From assembly GCA_040954595.2 (NCBI GenBank), contig CM082595.2, positions 10,157,918-10,221,917 on the forward strand: a stretch of DNA of 64,000 nucleotides, in the 5' to 3' direction. Below, one piece after another: positions 14,001 through 29,000 of this stretch. The notes below the pieces were generated by a model that ran no database searches, was not told the DNA's origin, and saw only the letters and a program-made list of their open reading frames with translations. The stretch is from Balanoglossus misakiensis (lineage: Eukaryota > Animalia > Hemichordata). The stretch's first letter is position 1. Each line of letters opens with the position of its first letter. Position numbers and translations under genes: made by a program.

Positions 14001-17000
14001 ACCCGAACAAATGTCGAGTGTTGACCCGCTGTGACTTTCCCTCTTCGGTTTGCCCGACTTAGCCAACGTCTTTGTACTAGAGTGTCGGGTCTTTTGCAGA
14101 GCCAGGCCGAAGGAAATCCGACTTGATCACCGTTGCTAACGAACGCTAGTGTCTGTCATGGTGTGCCGGGGTTTTAGTCGAGCCAGGCCGTAGGAGATCT
14201 GACTTGATCATCGTGGTCAATGTACGCGTGTTTCCGCTCTAAAGTGCCGGGGCTTCAGCTAAACCAGGCCGTAGGACATCCGACGTAATCACCGTTGATA
14301 ACTTACGCCAGTCTGTGTCATATAGAGCCGGTGCACCAGCCGAGTCACGCCGTAGGAAATCTGAATTGATCAACGTGGTCAATGTATGCCTGTTTCTGCT
14401 CTAGAGTGCCGGGGCTTCAGCTGAGCCAGGCCGTAGGAAACCCGACGTGATTACCGTTGTTAACTTACGCCAGTCTGTGTCCTATATATAGTGCCGGGGC
14501 ATCAGCCGTGCCAGGCCGAAGGAAATGTGAGTAGATCAACGTGGTCTCTGTACGCGTGTTTCTGCTCTATAGTGCCAGGGCTTTAGCCAAGCCATGCCGT
14601 AGGAAATCTGACTTGATCAACGTTGCTTACTAACGCTAGTGTCTGTCATAGTGTGCCGGGGTTTTAGTCGAGCCAAGCCGTAGGAGATCAGACTTGATCA
14701 ACGTGCTCTCTGTACGCGTGTTTCTGCTTTAGAGTGCCGGGGCTTTATCCAAGCCATGCCGTAGAAAATCTGACTTCATCACCGTTGCTAACGTACGCTA
14801 GTGTCTGTCATATTGTGACGGAGATTTAGCCGAGCCAGGCCGTAGAAAAATCGACTTGTTCAACGTTACCAGTGTACAACTGTTTCTGCTCTAGAGTGTC
14901 AGGGTTTTAGCCGACTTATGCTGTAGGAAATCTGAGTTGATGAACGGGAATTCAATGTTAGAAAACCCGTGTGGAAAGTATCTCTACCCGTTTGAAACTA
15001 AGAAAAGAATTTATTCTTATTTATTTTGTAAAAAAGACAATTTTTCGAAAAAAAGTCGAAAATGGTAATTTTGTCTTGGGTGATTTAAATTATACCGCCT
15101 TTTCTTGAATTTGCAGCACTTTTTACAAGAGAACGACACTTCATGCTCCATAATATTTCCGAAAATGAAGAAAAGAGTTAATTTTTTATGATTTTTTAAA
15201 AATTTACCATTTTTGTCAAAATATGGCCAAAATTGCTATTTTTTCTTGAATTGCGTCAAATTCTCTGCTTTTTTGGAGTGGTCGAAAGTTTTAACATACA
15301 ATCAACATGTCATATATGATCAGGGCACCAAATTCGAAGAACAAAGGTTTTTTTATTTTTTTTCTAAAAATGACATTTTCAAGGAAAATTTGGTAAAACG
15401 CAATTTTGTCTGCAGTGAGCCAAATTAGACGGTCTTTTGTGGAATTTGTATCGATATATACATACGAAGAGCATTCTATACTCCATCAGATTTCCGAAAA
15501 TGTAGAAAACAGGTATTTTTTGTAATTTTCAAAAATTTACCATTTTGACCACATTGTGGCTAAAATTGTTATTTTCGTGTTGAATGCCGCCAGTGTCACT
15601 GCTTTTAAAAGTCATAAAAACTTTAAACATACAAGCAATTGTTTATATATGATCAGGTCACCGAATTAAAAAAATAAAGAATGCTTTGCCTAAAAATGAC
15701 CTTTTTGGTGCAAAAACGAATAAAACGCAATTTTGTATTAAATTAGAGTGCATTTTTTATAATCAGCACCATTTTTACATATAATGGAAATTTCATACAT
15801 CATCAGATATCCAAATATGAAAAAATGATTTAGATTTTAGATGATTGTCCAAAATTAGCTGATAACAGATAAATGTAGTATTAAACCGTTCTGTCCCCCC
15901 CCCCCCCTACATTATATGCGGTACGCCGATGTCAGCTTACCCGGCAGTACTGCAGGCCGTGCCCCCAACTAACGTCGGTGTTTGAAACGCCCTGGTTAAA
16001 TTCGAGCTTTCTCTATAAATTGAAAGGCAATAATGCAGTCCTACCCGAACAAATGTCGAGTGTTGACCCGCTGTGACTTTCCCTCTTCGGTTTGCCCGAC
16101 TTAGCCAACGTCTTTGTACTAGAGTGTCGGGTCTTTTGCAGAGCCAGGCCGAAGGAAATCCGACTTGATCACCGTTGCTAACGAACGCTAGTGTCTGTCA
16201 TGGTGTGCCAGGGTTTTAGTCGAGCCAGGCCGTAGGAGATCTGACTTGATCATCGTGGTCAATGTACGCGTGTTTCCGCTCTAAAGTGCCGGGGCTTCAG
16301 CTAAACCAGGCCGTAGGACATCCGACGTAATCACCGTTGATAACTTACGCCAGTCTGTGTCATATAGAGCCGGTGCACCAGCCGAGTCACGCCGTAGGAA
16401 ATCTGAATTGATCAACGTGGTCAATGTATGCCTGTTTCTGCTCTAGAGTGCCGGGGCTTCAGCTGAGCCAGGCCGTAGGAAACCCGACGTGATTACCGTT
16501 GTTAACTTACGCCAGTCTCTGTCCTATATATAGTGTCGGGGCATCAGCCGTGCCAGGCCGAAGGAAATGTGAGTAGATCAACGTGGTCTCTGTACGCGTG
16601 TTTCTGCTCTATAGTGCCAGGGCTTTAGCCAAGCCATGCCGTAGGAAATCTGACTTGATCAACGTTGCTTACTAACGCTAGTGTCTGTCATAGTGTGCCG
16701 GGGTTTTAGTCGAGCCAAGCCGTAGGAGATCAGACTTGATCAACGTGCTCTCTGTACGCGTGTTTCTGCTTTAGAGTGCCGGGGCTTTATCCAAGCCATG
16801 CCGTAGAAAATCTGACTTCATCACCGTTGCTAACGTACGCTAGTGTCTGTCATATTGTGACGGAGATTTAGCCGAGCCAGGCCGTAGAAAAATCGACTTG
16901 TTCAACGTTACCAGTGTACAACTGTTTCTGCTCTAGAGTGTCAGGGTTTTAGCCGACTTATGCTGTAGGAAATCTGAGTTGATGAACGGGAATTCAATGT

Positions 17001-20000
17001 TAGAAAACCCGTGTGGAAAGTATCTCTACCCGTTTGAAACTAAGAAAAGAATTTATTCTTATTTATTTTGTAAAAAAGACAATTTTTCGAAAAAAAAGTC
17101 GAAAATGGTAATTTTGTCTTGGGTGATTTAAATTATACCGCCTTTTCTTGAATTTGCAGCACTTTTTACAAGAGAACGACACTTCATGCTCCATAATATT
17201 TCCGAAAATGAAGAAAAGAGTTAATTTTTTATGATTTTTTAAAAATTTACCATTTTTGTCAAAATATGGCCAAAATTGCTATTTTTTCTTGAATTCCGTC
17301 AATATCTCTGCTTTTTTGGAGTGGTCGAAAGTTTTAACATACAATCAACATATATGATCAGGGCACCAAATTCGAAGAACAAAGGTTTTTTTATTTTTTT
17401 TTCTAAAAATGACATTTTCAAGGAAAATTTGGTAAAACGCAATTTTGTCTGCAGTGAGCCAAATTAGACGGTCTTTTGTGGAATTTGTATCGATATTAAC
17501 ATACGAAGAGCATTCCATACTCCATCAGATTTCCGAAAATGTAGAAAACAGGTATTTTATGTAATTTTCAAAAATTTACCATTTTGACCAAATTGTGGCT
17601 AAAATTGTTATTTTCGTGTTGAATGCCGCCAGTGTCACTGCTTTTAAAAGTCATAAAAACTTTAAACATACAAGCAATTGTTTATATATGATCAGGTCAC
17701 CGAATTAAAAAAATAAAGAATGCTTTGCCTAAAAATGACCTTTTTGGTGCAAAAACGAATAAAACGCAATTTTGTATTAAATTAGAGTGCATTTTTTATA
17801 ATCAGCACCATGTTTACATATAATGGAAATTTCATACATCATCAGATATCCAAATATGAAAAAATGATTTAGATTTTAGATGATTGTCCAAAATTAGCTG
17901 ATAACAGATAAATGTAGTATTAAACCGTTCTGTCCCCCACCCCCCTACATTATATGCGGTACGCCGATGTCAGCTTACCCGGCAGTACTGCAGGCCGTGC
18001 CCCCAACTAACGTCGGTGTTTGAAACGCCCTGGTTAAATTCGAGCTTTCTCTATAAATTGACAGGCAATAATGCAGTCCTACCCGAACAAATGTCGAGTG
18101 TTGACCCGCTGTGACTTTCCCTCTTCGGTTTGCCCGACTTAGCCAACGTCTTTGTACTAGAGTGTCGGGTCTTTTGCAGAGCCAGGCCGAAGGAAATCCG
18201 ACTTGATCACTGTTGCTAACGAACGCTAGTGTCTGTCATGGTGTGCCAGGGTTTTAGTCGAGCCAGGCCATAGGAGATCTGACTTGATCATCGTGGTCAA
18301 TGTACGCGTGTTTCCGCTCTAAAGTGCCGGGGCTTCAGCTAAACCAGGCCGTAGGACATCCGACGTAATCACCGTTGATAACTTACGCCAGTCTGTGTCA
18401 TATAGAGCCGGTGCACCAGCCGAGTCACGCCGTAGGAAATCTGAATTGATCAACGTGGTCAATGTATGCCTGTTTCTGCTCTAGAGTGCCGGGGCTTCAG
18501 CTGAGCCAGGCCGTAGGAAACCCGACGTGATTACCGTTGTTAACTTACGCCAGTCTCTGTCCTATATATAGTGTCGGGGCATCAGCCGTGCCAGGCCGAA
18601 GGAAATGTGAGTAGATCAACGTGGTCTCTGTACGCGTGTTTCTGCTCTATAGTGCCAGGGCTTTAGCCAAGCCATGCCGTAGGAAATCTGACTTGATCAA
18701 CGTTGCTTACTAACGCTAGTGTCTGTCATAGTGTGCCGGGGTTTTAGTCGAGCCAAGCCGTAGGAGATCAGACTTGATCAACGTGCTCTCTGTACGCGTG
18801 TTTCTGCTTTAGAGTGCCGGGGCTTTATCCAAGCCATGCCGTAGAAAATCTGACTTCATCACCGTTGCTAACATACGCTAGTGTCTGTCATATTGTGACG
18901 GAGATTTAGCCGAGCCAGGCCGTAGAAAAATCGACTTGTTCAACGTTACCAGTGTACAACTGTTTCTGCTCTAGAGTGTCAGGGTTTTAGCCGACTTATG
19001 CTGTAGGAAATCTGAGTTGATGAACGGGAATTCAATGTTAGAAAACCCGTGTGGAAAGTATCTCTACCCGTTTGAAACTAAGAAAAGAATTTATTCTTAT
19101 TTATTTTGTAAAAAAGACAATTTTTCGAAAAAAAGTCGAAAATGGTAATTTTGTCTTGGGTGATTTAAATTATACCGCCTTTTCTTGAATTTGCAGCACT
19201 TTTTACAAGAGAACGACACTTCATGCTCCATAATATTTCCGAAAATGAAGAAAAGAGTTAATTTTTTATGATTTTTTAAAAATTTACCATTTTTGTCAAA
19301 ATATGGCCAAAATTGCTATTTTTTCTTGAATTCCGTCAATATCTCTGCTTTTTTGGAGTGGTCGAAAGTTTTAACATACAATCAACATGTCATATATGAT
19401 CAGGGCACCAAATTCGAAGAACAAAGGTTTTTTTATTTTTTTTTCTAAAAATGACATTTTCAAGGAAAATTTGTTAAAACGCAATTTTGTCTGCAGTGAG
19501 CCAAATTAGACGGTCTTTTGTGGAATTTGTATCGATATTAACATACGAAGAGCATTCCATACTCCATCAGATTTCCGAAAATGTAGAAAACAGGTATTTT
19601 ATGTAATTTTCAAAAATTTACCATTTTGACCAAATTGTGGCTAAAATTGTTATTTTCGTGTTGAATGCCGCCAGTGTCACTGCTTTTAAAAGTCATGAAA
19701 TCTTTAAACATACAAGCAATTGTTTATATATGATCAGGTCACCGAATTAAAAAAATAAAGAATGCTTTGCCTAAAAATGACCTTTTTGGTGCAAAAACGA
19801 ATAAAACGCAATTTTGTATTAAATTAGAGTGCATTTTTTATAATCAGCACCATGTTTACATATAATGGAAATTTCATACATCATCAGATATCCAAATATG
19901 AAAAAATGATTTAGATTTTAGATGATTGTCCAAAATTAGCTGATAACAGATAAATGTAGTATTAAACCGTTCTGTTCCCCCCCCCCCCCCTACATTATAT

Positions 20001-23000
20001 GCGGTACGCCGATGTCAGCTTACCCGGCAGTACTGCAGGCCGTGCCCCCAACTAACGTCGGTGTTTGAAACGCCCTGGTTAAATTCGAGCTTTCTCTATA
20101 AATTGACAGGCAATAATGCAGTCCTACCCGAACAAATGTCGAGTGTTGACCCGCTGTGACTTTCCCTCTTCGGTTTGCCCGACTTAGCCAACGTCTTTGT
20201 ACTAGAGTGTCGGGTCTTTTGCAGAGCCAGGCCGAAGGAAATCCGACTTGATCACCGTTGCTAACGAACGCTAGTGTCTGTCATGGTGTGCCGGGGTTTT
20301 AGTCGAGCCAGGCCGTAGGAGATCTGACTTGATCATCGTGGTCAATGTACGCGTGTTTCCGCTCTAAAGTGCCGGGGCTTCAGCTAAACCAGGCCGTAGC
20401 AAATCCGACGTAATCACCGTTGATAACTTACGCCAGTCTGTGTCATATAGAGCCGGTGCACCAGCCGAGTCACGCCGTAGGAAATCTGACTTGATCAACG
20501 TGGTCAATGTGTGCCTGTTTCTGCTCTAGAGTGCCGGGGCTTCAGCTGAGCCAGGCCGTAGGAAACCCGACGTGATTACCGTTGTTAACTTACGCCAGTC
20601 TGTGTCCTATATATAGTGCCGGGGCATCAGCCGTGCCAGGCCGAAGGAAATGTGAGTAGATCAACGTGGTCTCTGTACGCGTGTTTCTGCTCTATAGTGA
20701 CAGGGCTTTAGCCAAGCCATGCCGTAGGAAATCTGACTTGATCAACGTTGCTTACTAACGCTAGTGTCTGTCATAGTGTGCCGGGGTTTTAGTCGAGCCA
20801 AGCCGTAGGAGATCAGACTTGATCAACGTGCTCTCTGTACGCGTGTTTCTGCTTTAGAGTGCCGGGGCTTTATCCAAGCCATGCCGTAGAAAATCTGACT
20901 TCATCACCGTTGCTAACGTACGCTAGTGTCTGTCATATTGTGACGGAGATTTAGCCGAGCCAGGCCGTAGAAAAATCGACTTGTTCAACGTTACCAGTGT
21001 GCAACTGTTTCTGCTCTAGAGTGTCAGGGTTTTAGCCGACTTATGCTGTAGGAAATCTGAGTTGATGAACGGGAATTCAATGTTAGAAAACCCGTGTGGA
21101 AAGTATCTCTACCCGTTTGAAACGAAGAAAAGAATTTATTCTTATTTATTTTGTAAAAAAGACAATTTTTCGAAAAAAAGTCGAAAATGGTAATTTTGTC
21201 TTGGGTGATTTAAATTATACCGCCTTTTCTTGAATTTGCAGCACTTTTTACAAGAGAACGACACTTTATGCTCCATAATATTTCCGAAAATGAAGAAAAG
21301 AGTTAATTTTTTATGATTTTTTAAAAATTTACCATTTTTGTCAAAATATGGCCAAAATTGCTATTTTTTCTTGAATTCCGTCAATATCTCTGCTTTTTTG
21401 GAGTGGTCGAAAGTTTTAACATACAATCAACATGTCATATATGATCAGGGCACCAAATTCGAAGAACAAAGGTTTTTTTATTTTTTTTTCTAAAAATGAC
21501 ATTTTCAAGGAAAATTTGGTAAAACGCAATTTTGTCTGCAGTGAGCCAAATTAGACGGTCTTTTGTGGAATTTGTATCGATATTAACATACGAAGAGCAT
21601 TCCATACTCCATCAGATTTCCGAAAATGTAGAAAACAGGTATTTTATGTAATTTTCAAAAATTTACCATTTTGACCAAATTGTGGCTAAAATTGTTATTT
21701 TCGTGTTGAATGCCGCCAGTGTCACTGCTTTTAAAAGTCATAAAAACTTTAAACATACAAGCAATTGTTTATATATGATCAGGTCACCGAATTAAAAAAA
21801 TAAAGAATGCTTTGCCTAAAAATGACCTTTTTGGTGCAAAAACGAATAAAACGCAATTTTGTATTAAATTAGAGTGCATTTTTTATAATCAGCACCATGT
21901 TTACATATAATGGAAATTTCATACATCATCAGATATCCAAATATGAAAAAATGATTTAGATTTTAGATGATTGTCCAAAATTAGCTGATAACAGATAAAT
22001 GTAGTATTAAACCGTTCTGTTCCCCCCCCCCCCCCCTACATTATATGCGGTACGCCGATGTCAGCTTACCCGGCAGTACTGCAGGCCGTGCCCCCAACTA
22101 ACGTCGGTGTTTGAAACGCCCTGGTTAAATTCGAGCTTTCTCTATAAATTGACAGGCAATAATGCAGTCCTACCCGAACAAATGTCGAGTGTTGACCCGC
22201 TGTGACTTTCCCTCTTCGGTTTGCCCGACTTAGCCAACGTCTTTGTACTAGAGTGTCGGGTCTTTTGCAGAGCCAGGCCGAAGGAAATCCGACTTGATCA
22301 CCGTTGCTAACGAACGCTAGTGTCTGTCATGGTGTGCCAGGGTTTTAGTCGAGCCAGGCCGTAGGAGATCTGACTTGATCATCGTGGTCAATGTACGCGT
22401 GTTTCCGCTCTAAAGTGCCGGGGCTTCAGCTAAACCAGGCCGTAGGACATCCGACGTAATCACCGTTGATAACTTACGCCAGTCTGTGTCATATAGAGCC
22501 GGTGCACCAGCCGAGTCACGCCGTAGGAAATCTGAATTGATCAACGTGGTCAATGTATGCCTGTTTCTGCTCTAGAGTGCCGGGGCTTCAGCTGAGCCAG
22601 GCCGTAGGAAACCCGACGTGATTACCGTTGTTAACTTACGCCAGTCTGTGTCCTATATATAGTGTCGGGGCATCAGCCGTGCCAGGCCGAAGGAAATGTG
22701 AGTAGATCAACGTGGTCTCTGTACGCGTGTTTCTGCTCTATAGTGCCAGGGCTTTAGCCAAGCCATGCCGTAGGAAATCTGACTTGATCAACGTTGCTTA
22801 CTAACGCTAGTGTCTGTCATAGTGTGCCGGGGTTTTAGTCGAGCCAAGCCGTAGGAGATCAGACTTGATCAACGTGCTCTCTGTACGCGTGTTTCTGCTT
22901 TAGAGTGCCGGGGCTTTATCCAAGCCATGCCGTAGAAAATCTGACTTCATCACCGTTGCTAACGTACGCTAGTGTCTGTCATATTGTGACGGAGATTTAG

Positions 23001-26000
23001 CCGAGCCAGGCCGTAGAAAAATCGACTTGTTCAACGTTACCAGTGTGCAACTGTTTCTGCTCTAGAGTGTCAGGGTTTTAGCCGACTTATGCTGTAGGAA
23101 ATCTGAGTTGATGAACGGGAATTCAATGTTAGAAAACCCGTGTGGAAAGTATCTCTACCCGTTTGAAACTAAGAAAAGAATTTATTCTTATTTATTTTGT
23201 AAAAAAGACAATTTTTCGAAAAAAAGTCGAAAATGGTAATTTTGTCTTGGGTGATTTAAATTATACCGCCTTTTCTTGAATTTGCAGCACTTTTTACAAG
23301 AGAACGACACTTCATGCTCCATAATATTTCCGAAAATGAAGAAAAGAGTTAATTTTTTATGATTTTTTAAAAATTTACCATTTTTGTCAAAATATGGCCA
23401 AAATTGCTATTTTTTCTTGAATTCCGTCAATATCTCTGCTTTTTTGGAGTGGTCGAAAGTTTTAACATACAATTAACATGTCATATATGATCAGGGCACC
23501 AAATTCGAAGAACAAAGGTTTTTTTATTTTTTTTTCTAAAAATGACATTTTCAAGGAAAATTTGGTAAAACGCAATTTTGTCTGCAGTGAGCCAAATTAG
23601 ACGGTCTTTTGTGGAATTTGTATCGATATTAACATACGAAGAGCATTCCATACTCCATCAGATTTCCGAAAATGTAGAAAACAGGTATTTTATGTAATTT
23701 TCAAAAATTTACCATTTTGACCAAATTGTGGCTAAAATTGTTATTTTCGTGTTGAATGCCGCCAGTGTCACTGCTTTTAAAAGTCATAAAAACTTTAAAC
23801 ATACAAGCAATTGTTTATATATGATCAGGTCACCGAATTAAAAAAATAAAGAATGCTTTGCCTAAAAATGACCTTTTTGGTGCAAAAACGAATAAAACGC
23901 AATTTTGTATTAAATTAGAGTGCATTTTTTATAATCAGCACCATGTTTACATATAATGGAAATTTCATACATCATCAGATATCCAAATATGAAAAAATGA
24001 TTTAGATTTTAGATGATTGTCCAAAATTAGCTGATAACAGATAAATGTAGTATTAAACCGTTCTGTTCCCCCCCCCCCTACATTATATGCGGTACGCCGA
24101 TGTCAGCTTACCCGGCAGTACTGCAGGCCGTGCCCCCAACTAACGTCGGTGTTTGAAACGCCCTGGTTAAATTCGAGCTTTCTCTATAAATTGACAGGCA
24201 ATAATGCAGTCCTACCCGAACAAATGTCGAGTGTTGACCCGCTGTGACTTTCCCTCTTCGGTTTGCCCGACTTAGCCAACGTCTTTGTACTAGAGTGTCG
24301 GGTCTTTTGCAGAGCCAGGCCGAAGGAAATCCGACTTGATCACCGTTGCTAACGAACGCTAGTGTCTGTCATGGTGTGCCAGGGTTTTAGTCGAGCCAGG
24401 CCGTAGGAGATCTGACTTGATCATCGTGGTCAATGTACGCGTGTTTCCGCTCTAAAGTGCCGGGGCTTCAGCTAAACCAGGCCGTAGGACATCCGACGTA
24501 ATCACCGTTGATAACTTACGCCAGTCTGTGTCATATAGAGCCGGTGCACCAGCCGAGTCACGCCGTAGGAAATCTGAATTGATCAACGTGGTCAATGTAT
24601 GCCTGTTTCTGCTCTAGAGTGCCGGGGCTTCAGCTGAGCCAGGCCGTAGGAAACCCGACGTGATTACCGTTGTTAACTTACGCCAGTCTGTGTCCTATAT
24701 ATAGTGTCGGGGCATCAGCCGTGCCAGGCCGAAGGAAATGTGAGTAGATCAACGTGGTCTCTGTACGCGTGTTTCTGCTCTATAGTGCCAGGGCTTTAGC
24801 CAAGCCATGCCGTAGGAAATCTGACTTGATCAACGTTGCTTACTAACGCTAGTGTCTGTCATAGTGTGCCGGGGTTTTAGTCGAGCCAAGCCGTAGGAGA
24901 TCAGACTTGATCAACGTGCTCTCTGTACGCGTGTTTCTGCTTTAGAGTGCCGGGGCATTATCCAAGCCATGCCGTAGAAAATCTGACTTCATCACCGTTG
25001 CTAACGTACGCTAGTGTCTGTCATATTGTGACGGAGATTTAGCCGAGCCAGGCCGTAGAAAAATCGACTTGTTCAACGTTACCAGTGTGCAACTGTTTCT
25101 GTGTCAGGGTTTTAGCCGACTTATGCTGTAGGAAATCTGAGTTGATGAACGGGAATTCAATGTTAGAAAACCCGTGTGGAAAGTATCTCTACCCGTTTGA
25201 AACTAAGAAAAGAATTTATTCTTATTTATTTTGTAAAAAAGACAATTTTTCGAAAAAAAGTCGAAAATGGTAATTTTGTCTTGGGTGATTTAAATTATAC
25301 CGCCTTTTCTTGAATTTGCAGCACTTTTTACAAGAGAACGACACTTCATGCTCCATAATATTTCCGAAAATGAAGAAAAGAGTTAATTTTTTATGATTTT
25401 TTAAAAATTTACCATTTTTGTCAAAATATGGCCAAAATTGCTATTTTTTCTTGAATTCCGTCAATATCTCTGCTTTTTTGGAGTGGTCGAAAGTTTTAAC
25501 ATACAATTAACATGTCATATATGATCAGGGCACCAAATTCGAAGAACAAAGGTTTTTTTATTTTTTTTTTTTAAAATGACATTTTGAAGGAAAATTTGGT
25601 AAAACGCAATTTTGTCTGCAGTGAGCCAACTTAGACGGTCTTTTGTGGAATTTGTATCGATATATACATACGAAGAGCATTCTATACTCCATCAGATTTC
25701 CGAAAATGTAGAAAACAGGTATTTTTTGTAATTTTCAAAAATTTACCATTTTGACCAAATGGTGGCTAAAATTGTCATTTTCGTGTTGAATGCCGCCAGT
25801 GTCACTGCTTTTAAAAGTCATAAAAGCTTTTAACATACAAGCAATTGTTTATATATGATCAGGTCACCGAATTAATAAAATAAAGAATGTTTTGCCTAAA
25901 AATGACCTTTTTGGTGCAAAAACGAATGAAACGTAATTTTGTATTAAATCAGCTCTTTCAGAGTGCATTTTTTATAATCAGCACCATGTTTACATATAAT

Positions 26001-29000
26001 GGAAATTTCATACATCATCAGATATCCAAATATGAAAAAATGATTTAGATTTTAGATGATTGTCCAAAATTAGCTGATATCTAATAAATGTAGTATTGAA
26101 CCGTTCTGTTTCCCCCCCCCCCTACATTATATGCGGTACGCCGATGTGAGCTTACCCGGCAGTACTGCAGGCCGTGCCCCCAACTAACGTCGGTGTTTGA
26201 AGCGCCCTGGTTAAATTCGGGCTTTCTCTATAAATTGACAGGCAATAATGCAGTCCTACCCGAACAAATGTCGAGTGTTGACCCGTTGTGACTTTCCCTC
26301 TTCGGTTTGCCCGACTTAGCCAACGTCTTTGTACTAGAGTGTCGGGTCTTTTGCAGAGCCAGGCCGAAGGAAATCCGACTTGATCACCGTTGCTAACGAA
26401 CGCTAGTGTCTGTCATGGTGTGCCGGGGTTTTAGTCGAGCCAGGCCGTAGGAGATCTGACTTGATCATCGTGGTCAATGTACGCGTGTTTCCGCTCTAAA
26501 GTGCCGGGGCTTCAGCTAAACCAGGCCGTAGGAAATCCGACGTAATCACCGTTGATAACTTACGCCAGTCTGTGTCATATAGAGCCGGTGCACCAGCCGA
26601 GTCACGCCGTAGGAAATCTGACTTGATCAACGTGGTCAATGTGTGCCTGTTTCTGCTCTAGAGTGCCGGGGCTTCAGCTGAGCCAGGCCGTAGGAAACCC
26701 GACGTGATTACCGTTGTTAACTTACGCCAGTCTGTGTCCTATATATAGTGCCGGGGCATCAGCCGTGCCAGGCCGTAGGAAATGTGAGTAGATCAACGTG
26801 GTCTCTGTACGCGTGTTTCTGCTCTATAGTGCCAGGGCTTTAGCCAAGCCATGCCGTAGGAAATCTGACTTGATCAACGTTGCTTACTAACGCTAGTGTC
26901 TGTCATAGTGTGCCGGGGTTTTAGTCGAGCCAAGCCGTAGGAGATCAGACTTGATCAACGTGCTCTCTGTACGCGTGTTTCTGCTTTAGAGTGCCGGGGC
27001 TTTATCCAAGCCATGCCGTAGAAAATCTGACTTCATCACCGTTGCTAACGTACGCTAGTGTCTGTCATATTGTGACGGAGATTTAGCCGAGCCAGGCCGT
27101 AGAAAAATCGACTTGTTCAACGTTACCAGTGTGCAACTGTTTCTGCTCTAGAGTGTCAGGGTTTTAGCCGACTTATGCTGTAGGAAATCTGAGTTGATGA
27201 ACGGGAATTCAATGTTAGAAAACCCGTGTGGAAAGTATCTCTACCCGTTTGAAACTAAGAAAAGAATTTATTCTTATTTATTTTGTAAAAAAGACAATTT
27301 TTCGAAAAAAAGTCGAAAATGGTAATTTTGTCTTGGGTGATTTAAATTATACCGCCTTTTCTTGAATTTGCAGCACTTTTTACAAGAGAACGACACTTCA
27401 TGCTCCATAATATTTCCGAAAATGAAGAAAAGAGTTAATTTTTTATGATTTTTTAAAAATTTACCATTTTTGTCAAAATATGGCCAAAATTGCTATTTTT
27501 TCTTGAATTCCGTCAATATCTCTGCTTTTTTGGAGTGGTCGAAAGTTTTAACATACAATTAACATGTCATATATGATCAGGGCACCAAATTCGAAGAACA
27601 AAGGTTTTTTTATTTTTGTTTTTAAAAATGACATTTTGAAGGAAAATTTGGTAAAACGCAATTTTGTCTGCAGTGAGCCAACTTAGACGGTCTTTTGTGG
27701 AATTTGTATCGATATATACATACGAAGAGCATTCTATACTCCATCAGATTTCCGAAAATGTAGAAAACAGGTATTTTTTGTAATTTTCAAAAATTTACCA
27801 TTTTGACCAAATGGTGGCTAAAATTGTTATTTTCGTGTTGAATGCCGCCAGTGTCACTGCTTTTAAAAGTCATAAAAGCTTTTAACATACAAGCAATTGT
27901 TTATATATGATCAGGTCACCGAATTAATAAAATAAAGAATGTTTTGCCTAAAAATGACCTTTTTGGTGCAAAAACGAATAAAACGTAATTTTGTATTAAA
28001 TCAGCTCTTTCAGAGTGCATTTTTTATAATCAGCACCATGTTTACATATAATGGAAATTTCATACATCATCAGATATCCAAATATGAAAAAATGATTTAG
28101 ATTTTAGATGATTGTCCAAAATTAGCTGATATCTAATAAATGTAGTATTGAACCGTTCTGTTTCCCCCCCCCCCCCTACAATATATGCGGTACGCCGATG
28201 TGAGCTTACCCGGCAGTACTGCAGGCCGTGCCCCCAACTAACGTCGGTGTTTGAAGCGCCCTGGTTAAATTCGGGCTTTCTCTATAAATTGACAGGCAAT
28301 AATGCAGTCCTACCCGAACAAATGTCGAGTGTTGACCCGTTGTGACTTTCCCTCTTCGGTTTGCCCGACTTAGCCAACGTCTTTGTACTAGAGTGTCGGG
28401 TCTTTTGCAGAGCCAGGCCGAAGGAAATCCGACTTGATCACCGTTGCTAACGAACGCTAGTGTCTGTCATGGTGTGCCGGGGTTTTAGTCGAGCCAGGCC
28501 GTAGGAGATCTGACTTGATCATCGTGGTCAATGTACGCGTGTTTCCGCTCTAAAGTGCCGGGGCTTCAGCTAAACCAGGCCGTAGGAAATCCGACGTAAT
28601 CACCGTTGATAACTTACGCCAGTCTGTGTCATATAGAGCCGGTGCACCAGCCGAGTCACGCCGTAGGAAATCTGACTTGATCAACGTGGTCAATGTACGC
28701 GTGTTTCTGCTCTAGAGTGCCGGGGCTTCAGCTGAGCCAGGCCGTAGGAAACCCGACGTGATTACCGTTGTTAACTTACGCCAGTCTGTGTCCTATATAT
28801 AGTGCCGGGGCATCAGCCGTGCCAGGCCGAAGGAAATGTGAGTAGATCAACGTGGTCTCTGTACGCGTGTTTCTGCTCTAGAGTGCCGGGGCTTTATCCA
28901 AGCCATGCCGTAGGAAATCTGACTTGATCACCGTTGCTAACGTACGCTAGTGTCTGTAATATTGTGACGGAGATTTAGCCGAGCCAGGCCGTAGAAAAAT

